A stretch of DNA of 64,000 nucleotides, taken from NCBI RefSeq assembly GCF_022539665.2, contig NC_081333.1:12338001-12402000 (forward strand), in the 5' to 3' direction. The position numbers and the translations under genes are program-made. How positions within the stretch are numbered: position 1 is the first letter of the stretch; every line of letters starts with the position of its first letter. Source of the DNA: Daphnia carinata (lineage: Eukaryota). This document shows positions 1 to 12,700 of the stretch, one piece after another. The notes under the pieces were generated by a model. The model was given only the letters and a program-made list of their open reading frames with translations. It did not search any database and had not been told where the DNA came from.

Positions 1-1700
1 GTTGGATTGGAATTGTTGGTTTGAAATTGCAATCATTCTGGTATTTCTGCTTGGACTATTACAGTTGTGGAGGTTGACAATGTTGATCGTCGGTTACGAC
101 ATCGATACAAATTCCTATCAGACAAAATGGAAACAATAAACAAGAAAACTTGCTAGTGACAAGGGAATTATCCGACATTATTGCGAAAGGAAACATAAAC
201 GTTCGAGTTTTTTTTTTTCATTTGTACTTACATTGTGGCTGCTGAAGACGAATGACGTAAACGTTCTTATTCGTTTTTCCTTCCCGAAGCAGCTCAACGT
301 TCTTTCATTGACACCTTATTGACAAGCGAATTGTAAGTTAGATTTAAAAGAGCCCCAAATGTTTCCTCGCATGTCGTAATCAAATTGCATTGCAGGCGGG
401 ATTCGATTGACATCGGCCTCTGTGACTGTATCCATGGTGTCACTTTAATGTCACTATCTTTACACAGAAGCGCAGATAATACCATCTGATGTCAAGGGCA
501 ACAATCATTGCGTTGCGTAACGGTTGTTGTTGACATCATATCGGATGCTGGACAAAAGTCCGTCTCAAATTAATTTTTTTGAAAGTCTCAATCCTGACAC
601 GCAGTACATTATAAATCAGCGTGATCAAGTGACACTCACGCATTTACCAGGGAGAACTGACTTGCTCTGTATAATGCTTCGCAAATGTAATAGCGATGTG
701 TTTGGAAAGCAGAAAGCGTTTCTAACGTTGTCACGACCGATGCCTCCATCTCCAGTGGACACGTACACACCTTTTCACGTCACGACCTGTTTTTTCGATC
801 CCCCGATTCAAGCTATTAATTTCGGTTCATTGTCCATATGGTGCGTGGAAACGCATAGGGTAAAAGGATGGTAGCCCTGAAACGGACAGGTGAAGTACCC
901 CAGATAGACTATCTTTATCGTGTCACACTCAAGTACGCGGAACGGCTGCGATCGATACACGGACGTGCTTTAGCACCGATCAAGTCTCACTATTGGATCT
1001 TGACCTGTTTCACCTCTAAGAATAGCACGAAAAATATATAGATGTACATGAAAGAACGTTTTCTTTTAATATTGTATTGATTGTGACGATACATATCATT
1101 GATTGGTATACGTGACAGCTAATTGTTGGCTGTGTGTGCGAAAAAACTTGCCGTTTATTCCGTACGATCGTGTGGAAACTGGAGAAAGCCTCGGATGAGC
1201 CGAGAGAGACGATGCTCGGGACTACATCAGACACGGAGGATAAACGCAGAAGTTGAATGTTTGGATGGGAGGACGACATATTGACAGGTGGATAAATGGG
1301 AGACTATGATGTACATTATATGTTACAAAGGGGAACGGTTTCGATGGATGAAAAATAGCTTGGGTAGTTTGCCTACGTAAACAAAGCTCAGAGGGGGTTG
1401 ATCTCGTGTTACTTTAGCCATGCGCGATCGTGTATGTTAACAAAAGATCGTATCAGAGTGTGGTTTACATGTAGCTGTGGAAGAGATTTCTTATGTACCT
1501 CAACCCTCATCAGTTTTAACCCTTGGAAACTGTTGCCATGGATGTGGGAGAAATTTGTTTCATCATTTCTGAATGTTCTCGCCTTTTTTTGTGTTTAAAT
1601 ACCAAACTTTGAAATGAAACTAAAGAACGAAGGAAGAGGATGCAGAGCACGGCAAAGAATGTCTTCCATCCAGTATTTGCACCGGTGGATGTTAAATTGC
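1..1700 (-). pseudogene. Possible highly degenerate ionotropic receptor (IR/iGluR-like) relic
   Basis: Ordered fragments in shifting frames with stops: hydrophobic WKTFFAVLCILFLRSLVSF; SFQGLKLMRVE|ANYPSYFFIHRN; SIAAVP..LSVTR*R..YLGYFTCPFQGYHPFTLCVS...EPKLIA; CNLITTCEETF...YNSLVNK|E. Pattern recognition only. Confidence 0.25.
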
Positions 1701-2291
1701 TTATTTGTATCACCACATCTCCATCTTAAAACTTTATAGCAGATAGGTTGTGGTGGTGAAAAGAAAACCACAGCTGAGAGTCACAAACGTCTTACTAAAC
1801 AATGTGGGTTACCTCCTCTATACACTCCACTCTTATTTATATCTCGAATGAATATACTATAATTATATATTTCTATGAAAATGATCGTGAAAAATATCTG
1901 GTGCGTTCGAGGACACGGTTGAGAGTGGTGGCAACAGCTGGCCGAAATCAAACAAAAACATCAAATGAAAATAATTTCAAGACGAAAAGAAGTCCATACG
2001 TTTTGCGGATGGCTCCAACTAGCCAGAGAGAATCTCGTTTTGACGAAGTGTTGACACGCGCTTCTGTGATTTGCGATGGAAGAGCACAACCAATCACGAA
2101 GAAAATGTTGAGAAGATGAAGCGGGCCAAAAGCAACGAAAATAAGGGAGCCCGGATTAACTGTCAGGACAAAAGAGGGGTCTAAAGGGTAAAGCCCAATT
2201 CCGCAATAGCCCGCATGTCTCTTTTCTGCGTGACTTATACAGCTGGGGGAGCTATCGTGTAACAGGATCTCGCAGCTTTTTCCTTAGCCAA

Positions 2292-3782
2292 TCACACTGG
2301 GCAAGGGTCGGGGCTGAGCAGATTGACGATCGAATGCTGCGGTTGTTGTTGTTGCTGTTGCGCCGGAATTGGGCGAACTGTCAGCCTGTTATTCTGGTTG
2401 TTGGCCAACGAATTGGATCCGCGAGCAGCCGACAGTGGATCGGCTGTCCATTTGTCCAGCAAACGGGGCCGAAAGATGCGGTTGAAAGTCTGGCGGAATT
2501 GGCGGCTCATGACGCAGTAAAGGATGAAATTGATGGCTCCGTTAATCAGGGCCAGAATGTCCATCAACTCGCCCAGGTGTCCGTAGCAGTTGGTGAAGAA
2601 AGCGTCGCCCAGGATGCCGCTGAGTAGGGCGAGGATCCCTTGCGGGAATTCCGTCGCCAGGAAGAGGACCAAAACGGCCAACAGCATCCGCGTTGTGCGG
2701 TCGTGTTTCTCCGAACCACTTCCAGTCGCTGGTCCCGTCGACGGTGCGTGCCTCTCGATCCCAGAAACGGATCGCTCCGGATCACATCCGCCTGCCGGAA
2801 GGTTCTTCTTCGACGAATTCGCGTTGCTGCTCTTAAGATTCTGACGGCGTTCCTTGGCGCTAACCAACGCGCTAATCAGCCGGAAACTAAAGAAAGTCAA
2901 TGCCACACAGGGGATGAGCTTGACGACAACGCTGTACGTCCAGAAATTGATATTCTCCAGGAGGCTCTCGTTGGCCCTGGCCAGTTCGCTCGTTCCAAGG
3001 ACGTACAGCGTGTGATTCATCGGCACGTCCGTCGATGAAATGCCCGTCCCGTTCACCGTGAAACTATTGGCCGGCGACCGATACGGCTGCTCTTGGATCG
3101 TGTACGTCAAGTAGAGCGGGATGCAGACCAACGGAGAGCAGACGTAGGCCAGCAGAATGGCCAAAAGTGCCCGGTCGAGTGTGCACCAGTCGCGCGACCT
3201 CAGCGGGTGCGCGACGGACAGGTAGCGCCAGACGGCCAACAAGAGCGTCAGCCAAATGGAAATGGTGTGAAAGACTTGGGTGACGTGAGCATGAATCAGG
3301 ACGTAGACGGTCCAGGGGTAACTGAACTTTTCGTAGATGGGCCGCTCGCGCAAGATGTACATGTGGAACGTGAACGGGATGTATTCGATCATGACCAAAT
3401 TGTCGGCCAGGGCCAGGCCCGTCAGGATGGCGTTGGTCGGCGAAATGCGCTGGTCCATCCGCGTCAGGACGATAATGTTGAGCGTGTTGGCCAGCATTCC
3501 AAAGAGACAGACAACAAGACTGATGTAGCCGTGCATGATCAGGTACGATCTTCGGAAAGCTTCCAATCCTTCGCCGCAGTAGAGCTTAGCGGCCGGAGGT
3601 GATGACGACGAGCTGGAGATTCCGGTCGTCACGGCACTTAGATTGTTGGTCATCATCAGAAGGAATTCTTCGTCAGTGGGCCAACTCGTTTCGTTCGACA
3701 TTGTTTGGTTGAACAGCGCAACGATACGATCGTCCCAACCGCCACCCACTCCGCTCGTTTCGGACGACACAAACAGCTGCAT
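2292..3782 (-). CDS. MsR: Myosuppressin receptor-like class A neuropeptide GPCR (MsR/DmsR family), single coding exon, ~496 aa
   Basis: Seven hydrophobic segments with family motifs HGYISLVVCLFG, SPTNAILTGLALAD, HTISIWLTLLLAVWRY, FWTYSVVVKLIPC, DRTTRMLLAVLVLFLATEFPQG, MDILALINGAINFILYCVMSRQFR. The track start at 3812 is a TTG; the first ATG is at 3782. A splice acceptor (ttcgttcacag) lies just upstream, with the exon starting at 3843, so the 5'UTR exon(s) are further upstream. Confidence 0.9.
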   Translation of the reverse strand: MQLFVSSETSGVGGGWDDRIVALFNQTMSNETSWPTDEEFLLMMTNNLSAVTTGISSSSSSPPAAKLYCGEGLEAFRRSYLIMHGYISLVVCLFGMLANTLNIIVLTRMDQRISPTNAILTGLALADNLVMIEYIPFTFHMYILRERPIYEKFSYPWTVYVLIHAHVTQVFHTISIWLTLLLAVWRYLSVAHPLRSRDWCTLDRALLAILLAYVCSPLVCIPLYLTYTIQEQPYRSPANSFTVNGTGISSTDVPMNHTLYVLGTSELARANESLLENINFWTYSVVVKLIPCVALTFFSFRLISALVSAKERRQNLKSSNANSSKKNLPAGGCDPERSVSGIERHAPSTGPATGSGSEKHDRTTRMLLAVLVLFLATEFPQGILALLSGILGDAFFTNCYGHLGELMDILALINGAINFILYCVMSRQFRQTFNRIFRPRLLDKWTADPLSAARGSNSLANNQNNRLTVRPIPAQQQQQQPQHSIVNLLSPDPCPV

Positions 3783-6700
3783 GACGATGGTCAAAAGCAA
3801 TTTCAAATTCAATTGTTTCTTTTCTGAAACTTGATTAGGTTCACTGTGAACGAATCAAATAAAAGCAAAAAAGAACCCCCGTTAGGGAACAGCAAAAAGC
3901 GGCCAAAAAAGGGGGGGGGGAACTAATCAACTGTGTCGTCCTAAGCGCTGTACAGCTAACCAAATCGAGCAGAAAGGAAATAAACGGTGCGGTGGCAAGA
4001 AGAGCCTCGCGCTTGATCCACCACTAATCGCCGTCCGGAACATTGAGAAAAACTGAGCTGGTTTGTTACAAAATTTTTTGTTGTTTTTCAAGATTTTTCA
4101 ACGCCAAGCTTTGAATAGCTTCCGCGTAACAGCACTACAGCCTTGCCCTTGTTTCGCTTATCACCCGTCTGAAGACACGTAACAACTGTGCTCCCGGACC
4201 GACTTTGCCGTGCTCACGCATTGAACCCAGCTGGCTGAAACCGAACTCTGAGCAATATATAGCTGGCCTGGAATTCCGTTGCGCTTGCGCTTAATACCAC
4301 CTCCCAACTAGCAGGCGTCGAATGTAAATGTTTTTTTTTTTGTTTTTTTTGGAAAATTAAATAAAAACATGTAGATCAAATAGCGAAATTGTTACGTTAT
4401 ACGATGTTGGACTGGTGACATTTTATGTCACGCATTGATAGGCGGAAAAAAGAACGGACAATGGAATATCCATCGGACGCTCGTCACGTACTCCCGCCCC
4501 AATTGATTTGATAGTCTGGACGATAATAACGAATGATACATCTTCGCAGACGGAATGGAGCAGGAGTGTTTGGGGGTGTTGCGAGAAAGGGCGCGCATCG
4601 TGTTGTTTTTCCCACCTGTGAAGGAAACAGCTGAACGCCTCCGCCATTTGTCTGCAACATTTGCGCTATTTCTCACGCGTAAGCGCGATGGACGCTATGT
4701 AGATTCTTCCTTTTCCATCAATTGTCGGTCGAGCGGCCATTGATTGTTGTGGCCGATCACGCACTTCAGCGTGAACTGTTTACTTACACAGTGTGCGGAT
4801 GCGAGTCGCCGTCGGCACATTTCAACGACAGGCGCAATGCTCTTAAAAAGGGGAGGACCATTATCGTATATTTATTTCCATGGCGGTATAAAGAGCAAAG
4901 AGATGTTCCTACGTCAAAATGGAGGGGAAAGCCTAGTTTGAACTTTAGATTGCATTGTAGTATATGATAATGCAAAAAGGCTTTGCTCGTATCCCGCAGC
5001 ACGTTGTTATCAATCATTGAAATACACACGTAGAAATCATGCGGATGGGTGAGAACGTAATATAATGGATGGCAGGCATTCCGTTCACGTTCGTACGTCC
5101 CGGCAAATCCATATCTGGAATGGACGCAAGGAAAAAAAATTGGAATTGAAAAGTAGGATTTACATGAGACCGTTCACAAGCTGATGCCCAGTGGCCAATT
5201 CCGGAGAGGAGCAGGAGTTGTTGTTGATAATGTCATGGATTACGTATCTTGGCATTCTAAATGGAAGACGAGATTCCCGCAACGATACCATTCATCACAT
5301 TTCACGTAGAATCAAATTGAATGACACTGCTGGGTACGCCAGACTTTATCTGACATGAAAAAAAAAATAGAATACTTTTGTCCATTGCTTGTGTCACGTC
5401 TGATGTTGTTCGGGAAGAGCAACCATCACTAGCCCGATATGGGCACACGGAATATTATATAAAAAAAGAAAAAAGGTTCTTTTTTTTTTTTCTTTTTCTC
5501 ATTGGCTGGTTGCCATAATATACTGCGCGACATCGACAATTGGGTTCCATACACAAGGGTCATCTTATTCCAGCGATCCGTTTGTCAGGAGCGCTATGAT
5601 ACTATACAGGCATATATAGCGCTATAATGTACTGTTACAGTATCATCTAAGTGAATGTAATCGAGTGTGCAAGCTTCCTTTTTATTTTTCGTTTACGGAA
5701 GCCAACGGGGCTTCGTATCGATTCCGACTGATTCAAACTTTTCCAAGGTTCTCTTTTTTTTTTTTTTGCTAGGAGCTTTTGATCTCGTGCACCAAAAAAC
5801 CTCCCTCACCCCTCCCTTTTTTGTATCATACTTATATTGACATTTCTTATAGTTGATGTATTTCTTCTAGACTGTCTTTCTGCTTCAAGTTGTCTTTTCT
5901 AACTAGTGAACAAAGACCACGACTCTCGTTTAATCGTCTGGTTTACCGAGAGAGGCGTGGCTTTTTTTGGATTTGTATATTGTCTTTAGTGTTCCATCAT
6001 TTTAGGGTAACTGGAAAATTAACGTCTAACCAAAATAGCGACAAAAAAAGATAGTATTGTTGAGGGGCCTTGACTTTCGGGACTCTTTCTCAAGGGCAAT
6101 CAGGTGACACAGTCGACTGAGCCAGACAAACAGACTTTGCTTCTGCCAAGTAGATATCCAGCGTAAAAAGTAAATAAGCAGGAAATGAGTTCAGCATCAA
6201 CTTGTAATGTACCTATTCTCACGCTCGATATTTCGTTTTCAGCCTTTCCAATTGGCTTAACAAAGACATCGAAATGAAACCGTCTTGCTGTGAGGTATTC
6301 CGTGAGGAAGCATCTCTAACAAAGCCACCGTGAATTATTTCCACAAATGCCAAAAAAAAAAAAACAGACGATACGTCTCGTTTGTGCTCATCATTCATGC
6401 CAAAAATCGGAGCAGTGTAAGAGACAACTTTCAGGATATGAACGCAACGAGCGCCACGTAACAAGAAACGATCAATCAACGTCACGACCTTACTCGTTTG
6501 TGGAATCAAGTAAAAAAAAAAAAAAACAGGCTAATGAGATGTTTTGTAAACGTGCCATCGTTCACAAATCGAAACTTAAAAAGAGAGTTGTGAATTATAA
6601 AAAAAAATATGGCGAAAAATGTTTGCCTTTGATCTTCCTCGTTAACCATCGCGAGATGCGTGGCTGTTTATATGCAAATTTATATTTTTTAGAATCTCTT

Positions 6701-9700
6701 CTTTCACGATGATTTCTTCTATCGCTAACTTAAGAGAGTGCGTTCGCTTGATAGGCCTAGATCGCGTGAATTCGTGACGACGCTGCTCAAACCTATTTGG
6801 GATATACCGTTTGTCGATTCCCCCTGTTTTTTTACGATTACGTTTTGCTTTCTCACGCACCCGGATCGGCTATTTGGGAGAGCGATAAGAACGAGCATAC
6901 TTGTGTGCTTTTTACATATCTATGGTGTAGACGTTGTGTGGCTATACGTAGCGAGCATTACCGGTATATCGACGCTTGGTTTTCGGTGTTTGGGAATACG
7001 CTGGAGATACAGACGCATTTTTACGTTAGATTTGTGTCGTTTACGTTGATATGGGCCTTGAATAAAAAGAATAGTTCACAGCTGATACGAGACGCACAGT
7101 TTTTGTCTATGTGTTCATATGGAAACTTCCTAATCGACCTCTGATCTACGTTCCAAAATAAAACGATAAATCTGAAAGAACTAGAAAAGATTTTAAAGGC
7201 TAGCTAGTTATGAATTGTGCCACGGCATCATTGACATAATGTTCGTGGATTCATCATTTCAACAGCAAAAAAACGTAATAATTGGAGATGAGTTTTTTTT
7301 ATTTTTTTTTTCTAGAAGACTATGTTATCTACGAAGAACTTGTGTGCAAAGCGTAACGTTAACAAGGTGTCCTAAACTCCGTGACCCGTAGCGGACAGTG
7401 AAGAACACGAAAGTTTGTTGGACTAACTTTTTAAAAGACGTCGTATCTCTTGTTGGAAATCGTACTCTTCAATCTTTTTCGAGGGACAGTTATTTGTTAA
7501 ACTTCGCCTCCTTCCTTTTAAATCCCTTTGACTCTTTGGGCAGCTTTTTTTTTTTTCGTAGATAGAACTGCTCTCTTGTTTGAATATTTTGTTTAAATAT
7601 TTTTTTTTTTTAGAGCAGAAGAACGTCACTGAAAGAGTCAGAAAAGGTCATTAAGTATCGACGGCTCACTGAATAGCTCGTTTGATTTCTAATCTATTCG
7701 TTTTTGCACCCACTCCGGCCGTCGATGAACACTATAATTCGCTTTGGCCTAGAAAAAAAAAAAAATCTTCCTTTGATAACGAGGAAGACGGAAATGGCTT
7801 TCAAACAAGGGAATGAGCTGGAACGACTCTTCTTTTCTAAATAGGGCAGACATTCGAGCAAACTAAGTGAATATCAAAGAGCTCAACGAGGGTTATCGAA
7901 AGAATAAACGAGCGGACATCATTCCATCTTCTGAAATGTTTTCACTCTTCCGTTTTTGAAGAAATCGATCGATCATCTACAATATGCAATTCCTATGCTG
8001 TGTATTCGTTGAGTTAAAGGGCAAGTATATGGTAAGTGGCGTCTCGTTGAATACACATGCAAGCTCGTTTTTAGAATGTTTTCGCAGCAACTCAGTTCTA
8101 TGACAGTTTCTTTCATTTTTAGTTTTTTTTTTTGTATCGATCGTCGTTGTTACCAGCGGTTCTCTAATCTTTATACGTTGAAGGCATCGCACTTTTTGAT
8201 TCGTTCTCTTCTTCTATAGAACTGTTGTCACGACAGGTTCGTTGACAAGGATTTTCCGCAGTTGTTTTGACAGTGTGGGTGGACCCTCGCCTAAATCCCG
8301 CACGGCATCGTCTCGCATTCGCTTTTTGCGTACGTGACTAGCCAAAATGAAATTTTCTTTTTCCTCGCCATTTTCTCTAGAGCTTTCACTTAGAAAGCTC
8401 CAAAGGCAGCGACCGCCCGACCGCTGTCGTTTCTTTTTTGCGTCTGTGCTTGTGGTGAAAACAGTCAAAACACTGACCGAAGAAGAAGACTAAACGGGTT
8501 AAGAAAATCCAAACAAACACGCGAAATAACTCGTGCTCATACGGTACACAGACGTCCTGTGTAGTCTGTGAATGCGGACAATCTTACGAGAGTACTGTAA
8601 AGTCTGAGAGAACGTGATGATGCGGCCACAGAAAGAAGACGTTGCAGAACCAATGGTAACAAGGACTTGTTACTACCTCAGTCGTCAGTGTTGAAAACAA
8701 ATAAAAGAATCGAGAACTGGCAGGACTATCATCATCTATCATCCGGATTGGAAAAGTATAAGACATTTGAAATACCCTTGTCAGAATAAACCAAATTCAA
8801 AGAATAAATGCAACTTCATGGCCAATCTAAAAGGCATTGTTTTTGCTGTTCGATCTTTTGCAAGGTTCCGATATCTATACGTCATTATTAATCTAATTTG
8901 AATGACATTGGGGTTCTTTTTTTTAATTTCCGCAGGAGACATCGAGGATCTAAACTGCTGGCAATTGTGATGAGGAGATTATTATTGATAAGCTATACTG
9001 TCGGGTCATCTATGTACCAGCAGCTCGACAGCCGTTCCAAAGAACGCTCGAAGGCAAAACTCATAAACAATACTCCATATTTCATTAGCCTTTTCTGGAA
9101 AAAAAAAAAATAAAAAATGTGATCTTTTCCCCCTTTACTTGGTGCTCGACTATGCCGGAAATGGATGCCATAAAGGTCGGCATCAAAGATTTACACCAAG
9201 GTCTGCTACCTGACGGCTATGCGCTTTTACTCGATAAAGGACGAATCTTATTTAATTTACGGTAGGAAAAGTCGATCGATGTGAGTTATGTACGCTGCCG
9301 TAACCCAAAATGCAATATCCTCGACAGATGGCAGCTTATAAAGTGACGGTATAAGCGAGCGACATCAAATGTGGTACGGTTTTTTTCCTCAATCATTTGA
9401 AAATTCAATTTCAATTTTTGAAATACCTTGCACAGAGAAATGGGACGCGAAAATCTGTTCTTTACAACACGATGTCAGCCGATATAGTGAGACATCTAAG
9501 CTGCTGGCGCGTGTATCGGTCTATAGAGGGATTCTATTTGACCAAAGGACGTGTGCACTCGTTATCACCAGCTCAACGTGAAACTCATTATTATGAGTGT
9601 CCCTATTATATTTGTATTCTCCCCTTGTTCTATGCTACACCATTAGGACGTATAGAACGAGGCTATAGTTTCAATAGGTTTTTATCTGACCACGTCTTCA

Positions 9701-12700
9701 AATTTCGATCAATACAGCACGCACACGTTCATCCATCTTCAAACTAGTCTCAACGACCCTTTTATAGTCTAACGAGTGTAACAAACTAAGTACACAGTCA
9801 TGGTGAGGTTCTCCCCTATTTTGCGCAAACAAACTAGAAATTCGCTACCAATCAACTGCCTCCTTATTGCTTCAACGTGTTCTGCGGTATGTTTGAACAA
9901 GTGCACGATAACATGTTTGCGAAAAAAAGAAGAGGTGCCAACTTAGATCCTTGTTTGGATTATTCAATAAAAGAGAGACAACATGGTTTGCAAATTAGGT
10001 ACTCGTGTTTTTCGTCATTTCTCTCGTTATTTTGAGGATCGGTTTGTCAGGCAGATCGCTAAACAGTTTGTAGCACGCGGGATATTTAACTCAGGATATA
10101 CAGTTGTGATGGACATTGATATCTTCACTTTCATAGACGATCCGAATCATGGAAATGCAATGTAAATATAAGCAATCTAGTGGGGTACTGGTTTAATCAT
10201 GTTTCTGGTTGACTGGCAAAGGGACATGAAAAGGAGGGCGCCGCCATAGCGTTTGATCAGCTTTTATATATAATTTCAAATTGATATGCATTCAAAAATT
10301 TCTATTCATATGAAGAAAAAAGGCAGCACCTGCATCCTTTGTCTCGTGTTTTTTTTTAAATAAAGAGAGACGAATGTAAGTTATAAGATCCTGCTCCATT
10401 CCACAGATAGAGACAGTGAGAAAAGGCCATCTGGAATCTAAAGGAAATGAAGCCATTCTACGAATAACAAAACCCATAATGAAAAGACAATTTATTTTCA
10501 CCCAGCATTATGCAGCCTTGGATTTCCGTCTGCGATTCATTTTATTGTCTCGTGTTTTCAACTGTTGGTCTTTCATTATAGTCTCTTACAACATGCAAGT
10601 TTGATTAAAAGCAAAGTGGAATTCAACCAAACAAACCGCCATTCATCGTCAACCGAGCAGATTTGATGATTATTTCACGGTGAACTGGTCGGCCAGACGC
10701 AGATGGAAGCGCCTTCAGCAAAAAAAAAAAAAAGAAAGAGTAGGCAAGAAAAACAGTATCTCCATTTTCAAAAACGCACTGGGGTCCATCTGTTAACCAT
10801 CGAAACGTTTTCCCGGAGAGCATCTGGAACGATCGCAACGTCGCTGATCGGAGTAAAGCAACCCGACAATTTTGGGTCCGTGAGATTAACGTCCGTGCGC
10901 CACCAATAAAAAGCTGAAAATACTCAAATGGGAAACGAATCCATTCGACTGGCAACAAAAGGCTCGATACAGTACGATGTAGAAATTGAAAATGCTTTCC
11001 TAAACTAGAATTGAAAGAAAAAAAAAAAATCTTATTACTTACCAGCATCCCAGAATCGATCGTTGCTCCCAACGCCTTTGGGCCTCTTTTTCAAGTAGAA
11101 GCCGATTGAAGCTTTAGGCTGAAAAAAAAAACATCTTTATAATTGTTTATTGGTCTTGTTTGAAATTCAGGCATCAAAAGGAGATTACCACGTATACTTT
11201 ATACATCAGACAATGTAATAAGGTTCACGCGATTTTGCGTATTCCAGTTGCGTGCAAGACTAACGATCCTCGTGAAAAGAACACCATCCATACAGGGAGT
11301 TAAAAGAAATTATTATTAAAACGTTAAAAGAGCCGACTCAAACTTATGAATGCTAACCGACTACACGCGCTAACTTACGTGCTGATTATATGAAAAGAGG
11401 CGTTCATTATAAACTTGTTTGCTTACAAGAAGGATGTATCTAGACCTATAGAAAACCTGGTTCTATTCAAGGTTGTGCTAGTCAGTGCCATATATCGTCA
11501 TTGGCCTCGTTGAGAAAGAATGATGCTGCATGATATTAAATAAGAAATTCCCCCCCATTATTCAGGGCAAGTGTTGCTGCCTTTAGTGACAGACGCGCAG
11601 CAGCAGTACCACTATATATACGGCTTTTATGGATGCGACATAATTGATGTCAGCCTGCAACTGCTGCGTGGGCTGGAAAGTGTCTCTAATGCTTGGGGCC
11701 GTGCCGTTTGTGACGTCGCATAGTAGCCTATACTGATTTAAGATGTTCATAAGTTTAGGCTCATCGTGTCACATTCCAATATATATAGATACACTGCAAT
11801 ATATGTGGCAGGCCAAAAATGATTTGGGCGCGGCAAAAGGGTGTGGCTAGTGGACATAGGTTATAGGCTACTGCCTGTGTCTATATCCACATGAATAAAT
11901 ATAAATATAAGGGTAGAGTGTAACTTACAAAATATTCGGTGCTTGTTTCTTTTTGTTGGTGGTCGGAATGTAATAACATTGTGATACTTACGAACGCAGG
12001 GGCTACAGTTTACGTATCGTTTACGTCGAGATAAAGAACGCACAAAAAAAAAATGTAACCCCATTAGGCATCCCATGAGCAAGAGGCCAGCATCCTTCGC
12101 TTTATCCAAACCTGCGAACAAAATGATTAACCTTTAAAACAGCTAAAAGCAAACGAAAATATATGAAATAGGCAGTATTTTCAGTAATCTCAGAATAGAT
12201 GTTGTTATTGTTGTGCTTGCTACTGTATACATAGGCCTATTGTCTGATAGTGCACAGCGTCTATATAGGAGGAGTTGTTTTTCTTTCCTCGCCATTGTTT
12301 GGCCTGAAATTTCTATGTGATTACGTCTATATATAGCTGATTAGTTTTTCTTTGGGCTAACATTGTTATCTCGTATTGTGGATCACGCATCATCGAGTCG
12401 TTGCTGTGTGTCAATCCATCAGTGTCTCTCGCCATGGTCTCACATTCTGTCAAAGTCCATATATCGCTCTCGAATAAGATGTTTGTCTGTTGTTGTGTAT
12501 GAAAAAGAAAAAAACAGAATCCACGACGGTGAACCGCATTGAGTTCGGTTCACCTCCGTCTTTGATTATTTCGAACTATTTGGAAGCCATTCTTCTCACG
12601 GATCGATTCCGGGAGAGCCTCCCATCTTTGTTTCGATTCTCACCCACTCGCAGGAATTTGGAAGTGTGCGTAAGCATTTTGCTGGAATGAGAAAATAACA

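Noticed and set aside
3219..3240. WRY instead of DRY at the end of TM3
   Set aside because: AVWRY is the normal motif in myosuppressin-type receptors.
2323..3834. Many overlapping ORFs on both strands over the GPCR
   Set aside because: Shadow ORFs of a GC-rich CDS with no recognisable motifs.
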